Shown here: one piece after another, positions 39,000 to 47,945 of the stretch | Layout: every line of letters begins with the position of its first letter | Position numbering within the stretch: the stretch's first letter is position 1 | Assembly: GCA_016182555.1 (NCBI GenBank) | Contig: JACPGJ010000007.1 | Location: 192,053 to 256,052 of the forward strand | Source of the DNA: Candidatus Kerfeldbacteria bacterium | GTDB taxonomy: Bacteria; Patescibacteriota; Patescibacteriia; UBA9570; XYC2-FULL-38-9 | Direction: 5' to 3' | DNA length: 64,000 bases | Program-made: the position numbers and the translations under genes | Notes under the pieces: model-generated | What the model was told of the DNA's origin: nothing | Database searches by the model: none | Seen by the model: only the letters and a program-made list of their open reading frames with translations

Positions 39000-39011
39000 A
39001 TAAGCAGGATG

Positions 39012-39082
39012 CTTGGTTTGGCAGTACCAGTTGCGTTGAGAGCTAGAGGAAGCTTTCCGCACAAAACTGCTTTTTTTATTTT
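39012..39082 (+). repeat. conserved ~70-nt palindromic terminator-like element, copy 8
   Basis: CTTGGTTTGGCAGTACCAGTTGCGTTGAGAGCTAGAGGAAGCTTTCCGCACAAAACTGCTTTTTTTATTTT. Confidence 0.8.
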
Positions 39083-39195
39083 GTGTAAACCCTATCAATT
39101 ATCTTATAACAACTATTATCTAAATTAAGGGCTAAAATAAGCTAATATTAGTAACTTTTACTCCTTTCTTATAATTTCTTATAACTTTAATACTC

Positions 39196-40623
39196 CTAAA
39201 AATTTGCTTCGTATGAAGCACCTCGTGTTTCTCCTAGCTGATGAATTAAGCCCATCTTTTGCATCTTGGCTAAATCATAATTAATGGTTGGACGTGGAGT
39301 ATCGGTGAGAATCTGTTCACATTCCTTTGCAGTGATTCTTTTATTTTCAATCAAATAATTCCAAATAGCTACTTGTCGCTCATTTAAACTACTCAGTTTC
39401 TCACCCATCAATATCACCTTAAAACTATTTACGGTATTTTTAAATATTGGAGGGATAAGATTCCACTGTTTCATTGTATTAAACACAATATCAATTCCTC
39501 TACCATATTCTTCCAGATAATCCAATTCTTTCAGCCGTGCAGCAATCATCTCATTTCTACTTGCTTGGGCATCTTTGATATTCTCTACGGTCACTCCAGG
39601 TGGCAAAGAGCCTGGATTAAACACTTCGATACGATCTTCAAATATATTTACCTGGGTATAGGTTTCAGTAATTCTGTAATCACGATGAATAATAGCATTT
39701 GCAACGATTTCACGAATAGCTTTTTCAGGATATTCATATTTTTCTACTCTCTTTGTGCCAATAATTTCAGCACTCCGTTTAATATTCCGTAATACAAACT
39801 TCTGTATTGCATCAATTTGTGTATCAAGCGTGCCATCAATATCCATTTTATCAATGATATCTGTTGCTACATTCGATCCTTTGTAGCGAACACATCGCAC
39901 AATATACCGACTAAAGTTTTGTTTGTTTTGTGGACGGTCTTTAGCAAAAATAAGAAATCCTCCAACAGTAGGCAATTGCTCACCATCAAATGTATCTACA
40001 ATTCCCAAATTCTTCATGAGTTCAAAATTCACATCTTCAATAACAATGTCACGATGAGTACGTTCACTGCTGCGTTGCACTAATCCAAGTATTTTTTCTT
40101 TCGACAAACCATCTAGTGTTGTGTCTTCTGCTTTTGTAGTATCGAATTTTAATTTTTTTGAGTTATCGATCAAGTGTCGCATCTCCTCTTCTGTCATTGT
40201 TCGATCCGTATTTCCATCTCGAATACAGGCACCTGAAGGCAATCCTTTTGGCTTGTAATAGCATGGCTTAAATTGATCAGGGCATTCGGGAATATAGACT
40301 GCTAATAATGTTTTTCCATCTCGTTCAATAATGTGATATGCAGGGCGAATAGTAAAACTCATTTCATTATTCACAAGGTCACCAATCTTTTCTTGTAGCT
40401 GGGCAATATCTGTTATTCCAACAACTTCCATTATCTTATCCTCTTTATTATCAACCACACCAAAAACCATCAACCCACCACCTGGCTTATGCGAAAAAGA
40501 AGAAACAGTTCTCCACGTCGTTGATGGACGACCTCCTCGTGCATCTTTAAATTCAACACTGATCGTTTCTGAAGAACGATTGAACGCTTCATCTATTAAT
40601 TTTTCTATCTCTGATATAGTCAT
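39196..40623 (-). CDS. putative ATP-dependent DNA-binding regulator (AlbA_2/Schlafen-like N-terminal domain, HATPase_c_4-like domain, C-terminal wHTH; RecG-C-terminal-like family)
   Basis: The architecture matches this family. N-terminal part: SEIEKLIDEAFNRSSETISVEFKDARG. Middle: REIVANAIIHRDY. C-terminal HTH: ERQVAIWNYLIENKRITAKECEQIL. Start set at MTISEIEKL. Confidence 0.6.
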   Translation of the reverse strand: MTISEIEKLIDEAFNRSSETISVEFKDARGGRPSTTWRTVSSFSHKPGGGLMVFGVVDNKEDKIMEVVGITDIAQLQEKIGDLVNNEMSFTIRPAYHIIERDGKTLLAVYIPECPDQFKPCYYKPKGLPSGACIRDGNTDRTMTEEEMRHLIDNSKKLKFDTTKAEDTTLDGLSKEKILGLVQRSSERTHRDIVIEDVNFELMKNLGIVDTFDGEQLPTVGGFLIFAKDRPQNKQNFSRYIVRCVRYKGSNVATDIIDKMDIDGTLDTQIDAIQKFVLRNIKRSAEIIGTKRVEKYEYPEKAIREIVANAIIHRDYRITETYTQVNIFEDRIEVFNPGSLPPGVTVENIKDAQASRNEMIAARLKELDYLEEYGRGIDIVFNTMKQWNLIPPIFKNTVNSFKVILMGEKLSSLNERQVAIWNYLIENKRITAKECEQILTDTPRPTINYDLAKMQKMGLIHQLGETRGASYEANF

Positions 40624-40778
40624 AAAATCTTTTCTATTTGGCTGCAGTATACAAAAATAACCCCTTCTCCACAAGGGTAAGAAATAGTGAGCTGGAGGGT
40701 GGACTACTATATATCAAGTGATAGGCCGTATAAGTTATTCGCTTGCTGTAATCCAGTTCTAACTTCGTCTACTATGCG

Positions 40779-41037
40779 ACCCCAAGCGGAATGATTATGT
40801 GCTAAGAAGATGGAATCGAAAGGTTTTTGCAAAGAAAACTGCACCTTTTGACCATCGAAGGACAGGTTCTGAAGTACCAGTTGGATAATTTCCCTTTTTT
40901 GGTCTAGTTCAGAACCGATAAACAATTCTTTACTACGGGAAGCGATGTTTAGTATTGCTATAGCGTCGATATAGTAACTTTCATCGGCTTTTTGTAGTTG
41001 CTCTAGCTTACTACGGTATTCGGTCTGCTTGGCACGA
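40779..41037. repeat. direct repeat copy 2 (259 bp)
   Basis: Aligns with 24407-24684. Begins ACCCCAAGCGGAATGATTATGTGC, as copy 1 does at the tRNA-His 3' end. Contains a 72-aa ORF fragment (40707-40925, minus) that is paralogous to the fragment in copy 1. Confidence 0.85.
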
Positions 41038-42145
41038 CCATCTCTTCTACAGCAACTATTTGATACGGCCGTAATGTATACGTACTGGAAAATTCTACTG
41101 CATCACAACGATGTCGTTTATCTTCAATAACATACGAAATCAAATGTTCTTCACAAAATTGTTTCAGTGCTGATAAAAAACCACGTGGTATACGAACAAT
41201 TCCGTTTTCTTTTTCAATTAAATGAAAATATTTCTCTACCCCATATACACTTGCATGCATCTTTTTCTTTACCAAGTATTCTGCATTAATAAAATTCAAC
41301 TGTTCGGTTAAAAATTGTTTCAACGAAGCAGGAATTTGTACGGCAGAAATAGAAAGGTGAGTTCCAAGAGCAATATGAAGTTTTTTATCTTTGTGTTTTG
41401 GTTTCGACTCCTGTTTTACGGTCTCTATTCTTTCGAGTATTTGTTCAATCTGTTGCGGTTCAATGGTTTGAATAGTTTGCAAAAATTTCCACTGATCAGA
41501 ATATGCCTCAAAATTATTGTTTGGATCAACAAATACGGAGTTATTCTGTTGCCTGGCTTGCCACTGGAGCGGTAACGCAACCAAATTTCCAATGGCTTCT
41601 TTGCGTAAATAATCTTGATTGGGAATAAATCGATCAAAACTATCTAGCGGAACAAAATCTTCTGCGAGTCCTGCCAGCTGCAATAACTGAAACCCTAATT
41701 CGCGACTCAATGCTGCTGTACATGGTGTACTAAAAAACCACCAGACATGTGCTCCATTTCCAGACCTGGAACGTTCAACATACGCCGGAATATCATAGTG
41801 TACGCATTGCTCAAAAAATGCCACTGCGTCTTTTCGCCAAGTTGCTTCATCAAAATCTGCAACCAAAAAATACGACTTGTTATCTGGCAGCAACGGATAA
41901 ACACCCAACACCATTTTGCCTTCCAAATGTTTGCGAATATAGCCCTCGTTCAATTTCGGATACACACAATTGGTACATTTTTTCTTTTGTGTTTTTACAC
42001 AAACGCCCTCTTTCCATTCGTTTACACAAACTGGTGAATATCCTGAACGTGAACCATCTGCTTTTTCCCATCGTTTTGCAAATACATCATCACGCCCGTG
42101 AAACAGTGAAGAAAATAATTGAATTTTTTCTTCGGGAGTAAGCAT
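41003..42145 (-). pseudogene. truncated gene: AEP-type primase-polymerase domain plus the start of an SF2 helicase; reading frame ends inside repeat copy 2
   Basis: LVADFD (AEP motif I) and SRSGNGAHVWWFF (motif II, sGxGxH). The C-terminus is ...YTLRPYQIVAVEEM (helicase motif Q/I region) followed by VPSRPNTVVS-stop, which is encoded by the repeat. No Walker A or later helicase motifs follow. Confidence 0.5.
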
Positions 42146-42154
42146 ATATTCAAC

Positions 42155-42851
42155 TTAGTGTTTTACTATTTCTTCAAACTGTAATTGTTGAAGCTGCTCA
42201 GTAATCTCATCGTCCTCTAATGGCTCTGAATAATGAATAGCAAATATTTCGTTTTGCTTATCTTGGGTGGCAAGCTTCCAGTTACTCATGATGTTTTTGG
42301 GGCTGATTGGTTTGCGCACTTCTTTCTGTTTTACAAGTTCAATCACTTCATCAAAATCAATATTTAACTTCAAACAGATCATAGTGAAATCATAAAAATC
42401 ACGATAGCGTACTCGGTCATTCATTGCTCGAATTTTTTCTGCAGCAATCTCTCGCAGATCCATCACTCGCACCAGTGTATCTACTCCATACGCATTCTGG
42501 TATTTCATTTCTTGTGGTAAGAGTATCACATTCTGCAAAAATAGCTTTCACTTCCTCTACATCAAGCGGTGTACAATTTGTTGAAAAATCTAAATCTTCA
42601 GAAAAACGAAATTGTGGTAAATAGGTATGATGCAATGCCGTTCCACCTTTGAAAATGAGCTTATTGCGTAAAGGCGAATCATAAATAATTTTTGATACCA
42701 ACGTTAAAAAATAATCCTTTTCAGCAGCTGCCAAGGGATATTTTAATCCTTTACGGTTAATGATTTCTAATTCTTTTCTGGATAATAACGGTATTTTTCT
42801 CATATTGCTATTTTCTGAAATGTGAATGGTAATATAAACGCCATTTTGCAT
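42155..42851 (-). pseudogene. AbiEii/AbiGii-family nucleotidyltransferase toxin (type IV TA), split by a frameshift into ORFs 42417-42851 and 42155-42538
   Basis: The N-terminal ORF has KGGTALHHTYLPQFRFSEDLDF (NTase signature). The C-terminal ORF continues in another frame with a 120-nt overlap. Confidence 0.55.
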
Positions 42852-43587
42852 TAAATTCTGTGCTGTCTGTTGTCATTTTGCTGTACCCTTTTTTGTGTGA
42901 AACGAATGCATGAATCTCTTGGAAGTCTATCCCCTGCTGATCAAAGAGAAAACCCATCATGCGCTGCACCAGTGTCTGTTCCTTTTCTAAAAATACAATC
43001 AACTGCGAAATATTCAAATTATGATAATGTTCTTGTAATTTTTCCTTTACGATATCAACAGAGCGGAATGTTCGATCAAAATGCAATAAATCAAGCAATG
43101 CCTTTTCGGGTGTTGCAATATTCACATAATTATTTTCTACCACTTCTTGTGTAAAACCAAAATAGTATTTTGCCTGTGTACGGATAAATTGATAGTATAT
43201 TCCCTGAATTGTTCTAGATTGTTGTTTTTCAGTTGTCACAGATCGAACTGTCTGCAGTAATTGGTCAAACATGCCATGATATTGCAATGCCGCCTCACAG
43301 GAAACATATGATTGAGGTTCAAGGTTTTGAGCTATCACCATGGGCGACACAGTCACGCTGCCTAATGATTCCATACTCGTAATGAAATAGAGTTTCCGCT
43401 TAAGCCGAACAAGCCATCCTTTTTTGATGAGCGAATCAATCCATTTATGAATATACTGCTCACTTTGTGTAAATTTCTGAGCTTCTTTCTGCAGCTGTTC
43501 AAAGGTAACCACTACACCATACGAAATAATAGCATTTTCTAGTAATAGAAGGTCTTTCTTATTCAAGATTGTACTTTTTGAATCCAT
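42808..43587 (-). CDS. AbiEi-family antitoxin / transcriptional regulator (type IV TA)
   Basis: Length and position immediately upstream of the AbiEii toxin, overlapping it. N-terminal wHTH-like region. Confidence 0.5.
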   Translation of the reverse strand: MDSKSTILNKKDLLLLENAIISYGVVVTFEQLQKEAQKFTQSEQYIHKWIDSLIKKGWLVRLKRKLYFITSMESLGSVTVSPMVIAQNLEPQSYVSCEAALQYHGMFDQLLQTVRSVTTEKQQSRTIQGIYYQFIRTQAKYYFGFTQEVVENNYVNIATPEKALLDLLHFDRTFRSVDIVKEKLQEHYHNLNISQLIVFLEKEQTLVQRMMGFLFDQQGIDFQEIHAFVSHKKGYSKMTTDSTEFNAKWRLYYHSHFRK

Positions 43588-43718
43588 TTAATAACCAATT
43601 ATGGTATATATCTATGTTTAGTATATACTATTGTCTTATTTTATGCAATACCCACTCAACATTGAGCTAAAAAACAACAAACTGCTATAATCAGAATATA
43701 AACAAATTTTTACACAGT

Positions 43719-44300
43719 ATGAGCAAGCCATCAATGACTGCAGCCAAAAAAAAGTTGTCACCGGAACAACGTAAAAAACTCCTGGAAATCTTGAAAACCC
43801 GTTTTGAGAAAAACATGAACCGTCACAAAAGTATAAAGTGGGCCAGCGTACAAACCAAGCTTACAGCGAAACAGGCAAAACTGTGGTCACTCAACGAAAT
43901 GGAAAAAACCTCCGGTGAACCGGATGTTGTTGGGTTTGATAAAAAAACTGGCGAATACATTTTTGTTGATTGCTGCGCGGAAAGCCCCACAGGACGCAGA
44001 AGTTTGTGTTACGACCGTAAAGCCCTTGAATCGAGAAAAGAACACAAACCAAAAAATACTGCTGTTGAGATGGCAAACAGCATGGGCATTGAACTATTAA
44101 CAGAAGACCAATACCGGCAGTTGCAGCAACTGGGAGAATTCGATACGAAAACATCAAGTTGGGTAAAAACACCCGCCGGTATTAGAACACTCGGCGGCGC
44201 GCTGTTTTGTGACCGCCGCTACGACACAGTCTTTGTGTATCACAACGGTGCCGAATCGTACTATGCCGCCAGGGGGTTCCGTGGCGAGCTGCGGGTCTAA
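43719..44300 (+). CDS. DUF4256-like protein
   Basis: Size of about 190 aa and C-terminal FCDRRYDTVFVYHNGAESYYAARGFRG recalled as DUF4256-like. Family assignment from memory only. Confidence 0.4.
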   Translation: MSKPSMTAAKKKLSPEQRKKLLEILKTRFEKNMNRHKSIKWASVQTKLTAKQAKLWSLNEMEKTSGEPDVVGFDKKTGEYIFVDCCAESPTGRRSLCYDRKALESRKEHKPKNTAVEMANSMGIELLTEDQYRQLQQLGEFDTKTSSWVKTPAGIRTLGGALFCDRRYDTVFVYHNGAESYYAARGFRGELRV

Positions 44301-44352
44301 TGGTTTTTTAATGAAGTGTAGTATATACTAACACTAATCATTTATTAGCATT

Positions 44353-44907
44353 ATGAATACACATTCTAGCCAACACATCCCAAATGAATCTGATAACAAC
44401 CGAACGCACACCAGCCGCCATATTATTAAAAGTTTCAAAGCGAAAGCTGATGCGAAACGCACAACAACAGAAAAAGCAGCTGATTGGTTAACAGAAAAAT
44501 CTGGCACCGTAGCGTTTCTGATCATCAATATCTTATTTTTTCTTGGTTGGATCCTGTTAAATACAGGCGTCATTCCAGGAATCACTCCATTTGATCCATT
44601 TCCTTTTGGTTTCATGACCACAGCCGTATCGTTGGAAGCGATCATTTTAGCGGTTGTCGTACTGATTTCTCAAAACCGAGAAGCCACGATTGCGGATATT
44701 CGTGAAGAGATTGATTTACAAGTGAATGTGATTACCGAAAATGAAATCACCAAATTGCTGGAAATGGTCACACTCCTCTTACAAAAACAAGAGATCGATA
44801 TCACTCTCGACAAAGAACTCAAAGAGATGTTGAAACCGATTAACGTGGCAAAAATTGAGAAATCTCTTGAACGACAAATCAATACCCATCAACGGCTGAC
44901 CGAATAA
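44353..44907 (+). CDS. DUF1003-like membrane protein
   Basis: Two TM helices around DPFPFGF...LISQNREA. C-terminal coiled coil. Confidence 0.5.
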   Translation: MNTHSSQHIPNESDNNRTHTSRHIIKSFKAKADAKRTTTEKAADWLTEKSGTVAFLIINILFFLGWILLNTGVIPGITPFDPFPFGFMTTAVSLEAIILAVVVLISQNREATIADIREEIDLQVNVITENEITKLLEMVTLLLQKQEIDITLDKELKEMLKPINVAKIEKSLERQINTHQRLTE

Positions 44908-44911
44908 CGCT

Positions 44912-46165
44912 ATGAACATAGCGATTATTGGCGGCGGCGCAGCAGGCATGATGGCCGCAGCCACGATTCAAGAACAGTTTCCGGACATGCACGAAATTTT
45001 TTTAGTGGAAAAAAATCCGGGGCTTGGACGGAAAGTGATTATCTCCGGTGGTGGCAGATGCAATGTCACCACGGGTCTGCAACAGGTGCGCGAGTTGCTC
45101 ACCAAATACCCGCGTGGTTCAAAATTTTTGAATGCGGCGATGCACCAATTCCCACCAGCGCACGTATACGCCTGGTTTGAAGTTCATGGTGTGCCCCTCA
45201 AAATAGAAAAAGACTTGCGGGTGTTCCCCCGCTCCAATGACGGCAAAGATATTGTGGGTGTGTTTGAACGTTTGTTTCGAACAAGCAAAACGACATTACT
45301 GCTCCATCACCATGTTCAAGAAATAAAAAAAATCAATAACCAATTTGCACTGGTCTATAAAGATGGCAGCACGCTCACTGTTGATCGGCTTATTCTGACC
45401 ACCGGCGGGCAAGCGCGGCGCTACACAGGCTCCTCAGGCGATGGATACACCTTTGCCGAATCACTTGGGCATACCATCACCCCACTTGCGCCCAGTTTGA
45501 ATGCCTTTCTCATCAAAGAAGCATGGCCCAAGACTATTAGCGGTGTGTCATTTGAACGCGTGACGATCTCCGCGTACACCCCCAAAAAAATATATACATT
45601 CACCGGTCCATTGTTGTTCACGCATCGCGGTATCAGCGGCCCCGCGGTATTCGCGCTGTCTTCTTTGGTCGCCTTTGAACACTACGACCAGCACACACCG
45701 CTGCCTGTACAAATTGATTTTTTTCCTGGCGAATCATTTGCCGCACTGGAAAAACGTGTGTGCGCGGCAATGGCTACCTCGCAAAAAACATTTTTCAAAA
45801 ATACTCTACGCCTATTTTTACCAAAATCGGTTGCAGAAATTTGCTGCGATCAAATACACATTCCCCTAGAGCGAAAAAATATCGAAACGAGTAAAGCGCA
45901 CGTTCATGGCGCCGTCACGTGGATGAAAGGTGCGCGCCTTCATGCTATTGGCCGTGGCTCTGGAGATGAATTTGTGACTGCCGGTGGTGTGAATCTGCAG
46001 GAAGTGAACCCGAGCACCATGCAATCTCGCATCACTCCTGGGTTGTTCTTCGCTGGAGAACTGCTCGACATTGATGGATTCACCGGCGGCTTTAATTTAC
46101 AAGCATCGTGGGCTACTGGACGACTCGCCGGAATGCACGCCGGAAAACCAATAGCGCGAGTTTAA
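44912..46165 (+). CDS. NAD(P)/FAD-dependent oxidoreductase (HI0933/BaiN-like flavoprotein)
   Basis: N-terminal IAIIGGGAAGMMAA Rossmann motif...GGGRCNVT. C-terminal GELLDIDGFTGGFNLQ. Confidence 0.75.
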   Translation: MNIAIIGGGAAGMMAAATIQEQFPDMHEIFLVEKNPGLGRKVIISGGGRCNVTTGLQQVRELLTKYPRGSKFLNAAMHQFPPAHVYAWFEVHGVPLKIEKDLRVFPRSNDGKDIVGVFERLFRTSKTTLLLHHHVQEIKKINNQFALVYKDGSTLTVDRLILTTGGQARRYTGSSGDGYTFAESLGHTITPLAPSLNAFLIKEAWPKTISGVSFERVTISAYTPKKIYTFTGPLLFTHRGISGPAVFALSSLVAFEHYDQHTPLPVQIDFFPGESFAALEKRVCAAMATSQKTFFKNTLRLFLPKSVAEICCDQIHIPLERKNIETSKAHVHGAVTWMKGARLHAIGRGSGDEFVTAGGVNLQEVNPSTMQSRITPGLFFAGELLDIDGFTGGFNLQASWATGRLAGMHAGKPIARV

Positions 46166-47055
46166 GATTCAATCAACACCAACCCAACAATCACGAGTAT
46201 TGCCGCAAAAAATAATTGCCGCGGATCTTTCTCTGTTTTTTTGAATAACAATAACTCAAGCAGAATAATAAAAATAGATTGTGTTCCTTCAGCCGTTTTC
46301 ACCAATATCAATGGCCCAATGCTGATCGCGAAACTCCGTGAAACTTGGGCACCCACATCGAGGAGCTCATTCAACGTCATCAGTTTCCAGACAGATCCAC
46401 TCATGTGCGCCTGAAAGGCACGACGACCATGCGTAGAAAATACCACGAAACACAAAGCGGTGAGCAACAAGCCAAATGAGCAGATCGCCAAACCTGTTTG
46501 AAAACCGGTCCGTTCAAACACCATTTTTTGCAACAATATTTCTACGGCAGACATGGTTGCGGCAAGGACCATTAAATGCCACGCTTTACTCAGGCCACGG
46601 TGCGCTCCTTTCGTATAACCGGCAACAATGGAACTGATAATGAGCAACACCACAGCCATATACTGGCCAATACTCAATCGATCACCAAGAAAAATGAGCG
46701 CAAAAGCAGTCACCAATACCGGAGTCAAATTCCACATCAATACATCCGAAGCTGGACCAGAAAATTTTAATGCATAAAAATAAGGCAGATACACAAGAAG
46801 ACCGATAATCCCCGAAGCCAGCCCTAGCGCGAGCGTCAACCACCCAGGCCATTGCGCGTGACCAAATAACAAAATCGCCATACAGGGGATTCCGCCAAAC
46901 AAACCGGTAATAATCATCAGCGTCAGTGGAGTACTGTGCTGCTTGTTCACCAGCCGGTCATCGATAATATTCGTTACTGCCCATAATGCTGGAGCAAGTA
47001 ACGCAAAAAAAAGCCAAATCATTGCACAGCACAGTATAGCAGAATTATTGACCAC
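46162..47055 (-). CDS. EamA/DMT-superfamily transporter
   Basis: Ten predicted TM helices of about 297 aa. Two EamA-like halves. Confidence 0.7.
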   Translation of the reverse strand: MVNNSAILCCAMIWLFFALLAPALWAVTNIIDDRLVNKQHSTPLTLMIITGLFGGIPCMAILLFGHAQWPGWLTLALGLASGIIGLLVYLPYFYALKFSGPASDVLMWNLTPVLVTAFALIFLGDRLSIGQYMAVVLLIISSIVAGYTKGAHRGLSKAWHLMVLAATMSAVEILLQKMVFERTGFQTGLAICSFGLLLTALCFVVFSTHGRRAFQAHMSGSVWKLMTLNELLDVGAQVSRSFAISIGPLILVKTAEGTQSIFIILLELLLFKKTEKDPRQLFFAAILVIVGLVLIES

Positions 47056-47066
47056 CGTTCAACATT

Positions 47067-47936
47067 ATGATATTCTCGCGGCATATGAAAAATATGAGTA
47101 ACCGAGAACGAGAAGTACTCGAATGGTATCAAGAACAACCTCGCAAGTTGAACAAAGATTTTGTCAGCAATATTGAATGGAATGCAGTTCCAAAATATGA
47201 AATTGACCCAAAATTTTTGCCCGTCTTGCTCTATATGCGTGATGTCGAGGCCTTTACTGATGTGTATTACCGACAACTTCAACGCACGCCCACCGGAAAA
47301 GACCCTGTCATTCGCCAGTTCATGGACCAATGGCAACACGAAGAAGCGCAACATGCCTATTTGCTCGATCGATTTTTGAATGAAGCCGGTTTACCAACAG
47401 ACGCAAAGTGGTTTGAAAAAGCAAAAGCAAAAATTCCTCGCAGCTATAGCGTAAAGTCCTATATCAATACGTCTATTACGAACCTCTTTGGAAAAAAATT
47501 CAGCGCCGTGCACATGACCTGGGGCGCGATTAACGAACTCTCTACACTGCAGGGGTACAAACGGTTGTGGGAATTGGCGAAGCATCCGGTACTCGAACAT
47601 ATTTTGCGTGGCATTGCCTCTGAAGAATCGATTCATATTTTTTTCTACCGTAATGTGGCTCGCGTAAAACTAGAAGAATCAAAATTTTCCCGTAAATTAG
47701 CACGATTTGTGATTGAAAAATTCTGGACACCCGTTGGGCAAGGCACCAAACCAGAGCCAGAAACAAACTATGTGATTAAAACCTTGTTTAGCGGTACAGG
47801 TGGTTTAGAAACAGCAGATACGAATATCAATCGTTCCATTGCCTTACTCCCTGGCTTTGAAACAACAAAAAAAATTACCAATCGTATTGCGGAAGCAGTG
47901 CGTGCTGGTGAGCGCGCTGAATCTTCTGCCGCATAA
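47067..47936 (+). CDS. ferritin-like di-iron carboxylate protein (desaturase/oxidase-like)
   Basis: Two ExxH motifs (EEAQHAYL and EESIHIFFY) spaced as in ferritin-like di-iron enzymes. Confidence 0.4.
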   Translation: MIFSRHMKNMSNREREVLEWYQEQPRKLNKDFVSNIEWNAVPKYEIDPKFLPVLLYMRDVEAFTDVYYRQLQRTPTGKDPVIRQFMDQWQHEEAQHAYLLDRFLNEAGLPTDAKWFEKAKAKIPRSYSVKSYINTSITNLFGKKFSAVHMTWGAINELSTLQGYKRLWELAKHPVLEHILRGIASEESIHIFFYRNVARVKLEESKFSRKLARFVIEKFWTPVGQGTKPEPETNYVIKTLFSGTGGLETADTNINRSIALLPGFETTKKITNRIAEAVRAGERAESSAA

Positions 47937-47945
47937 TACTTCCGC

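Noticed and set aside
26412-39082. Integron-like gene cassettes with attC sites
   Set aside because: The repeated element lacks the RYYYAAC / GTTRRRY core sites at its ends. It sits at convergent gene 3' ends with a T-run, like a terminator. No intI-like integrase or attI is nearby.
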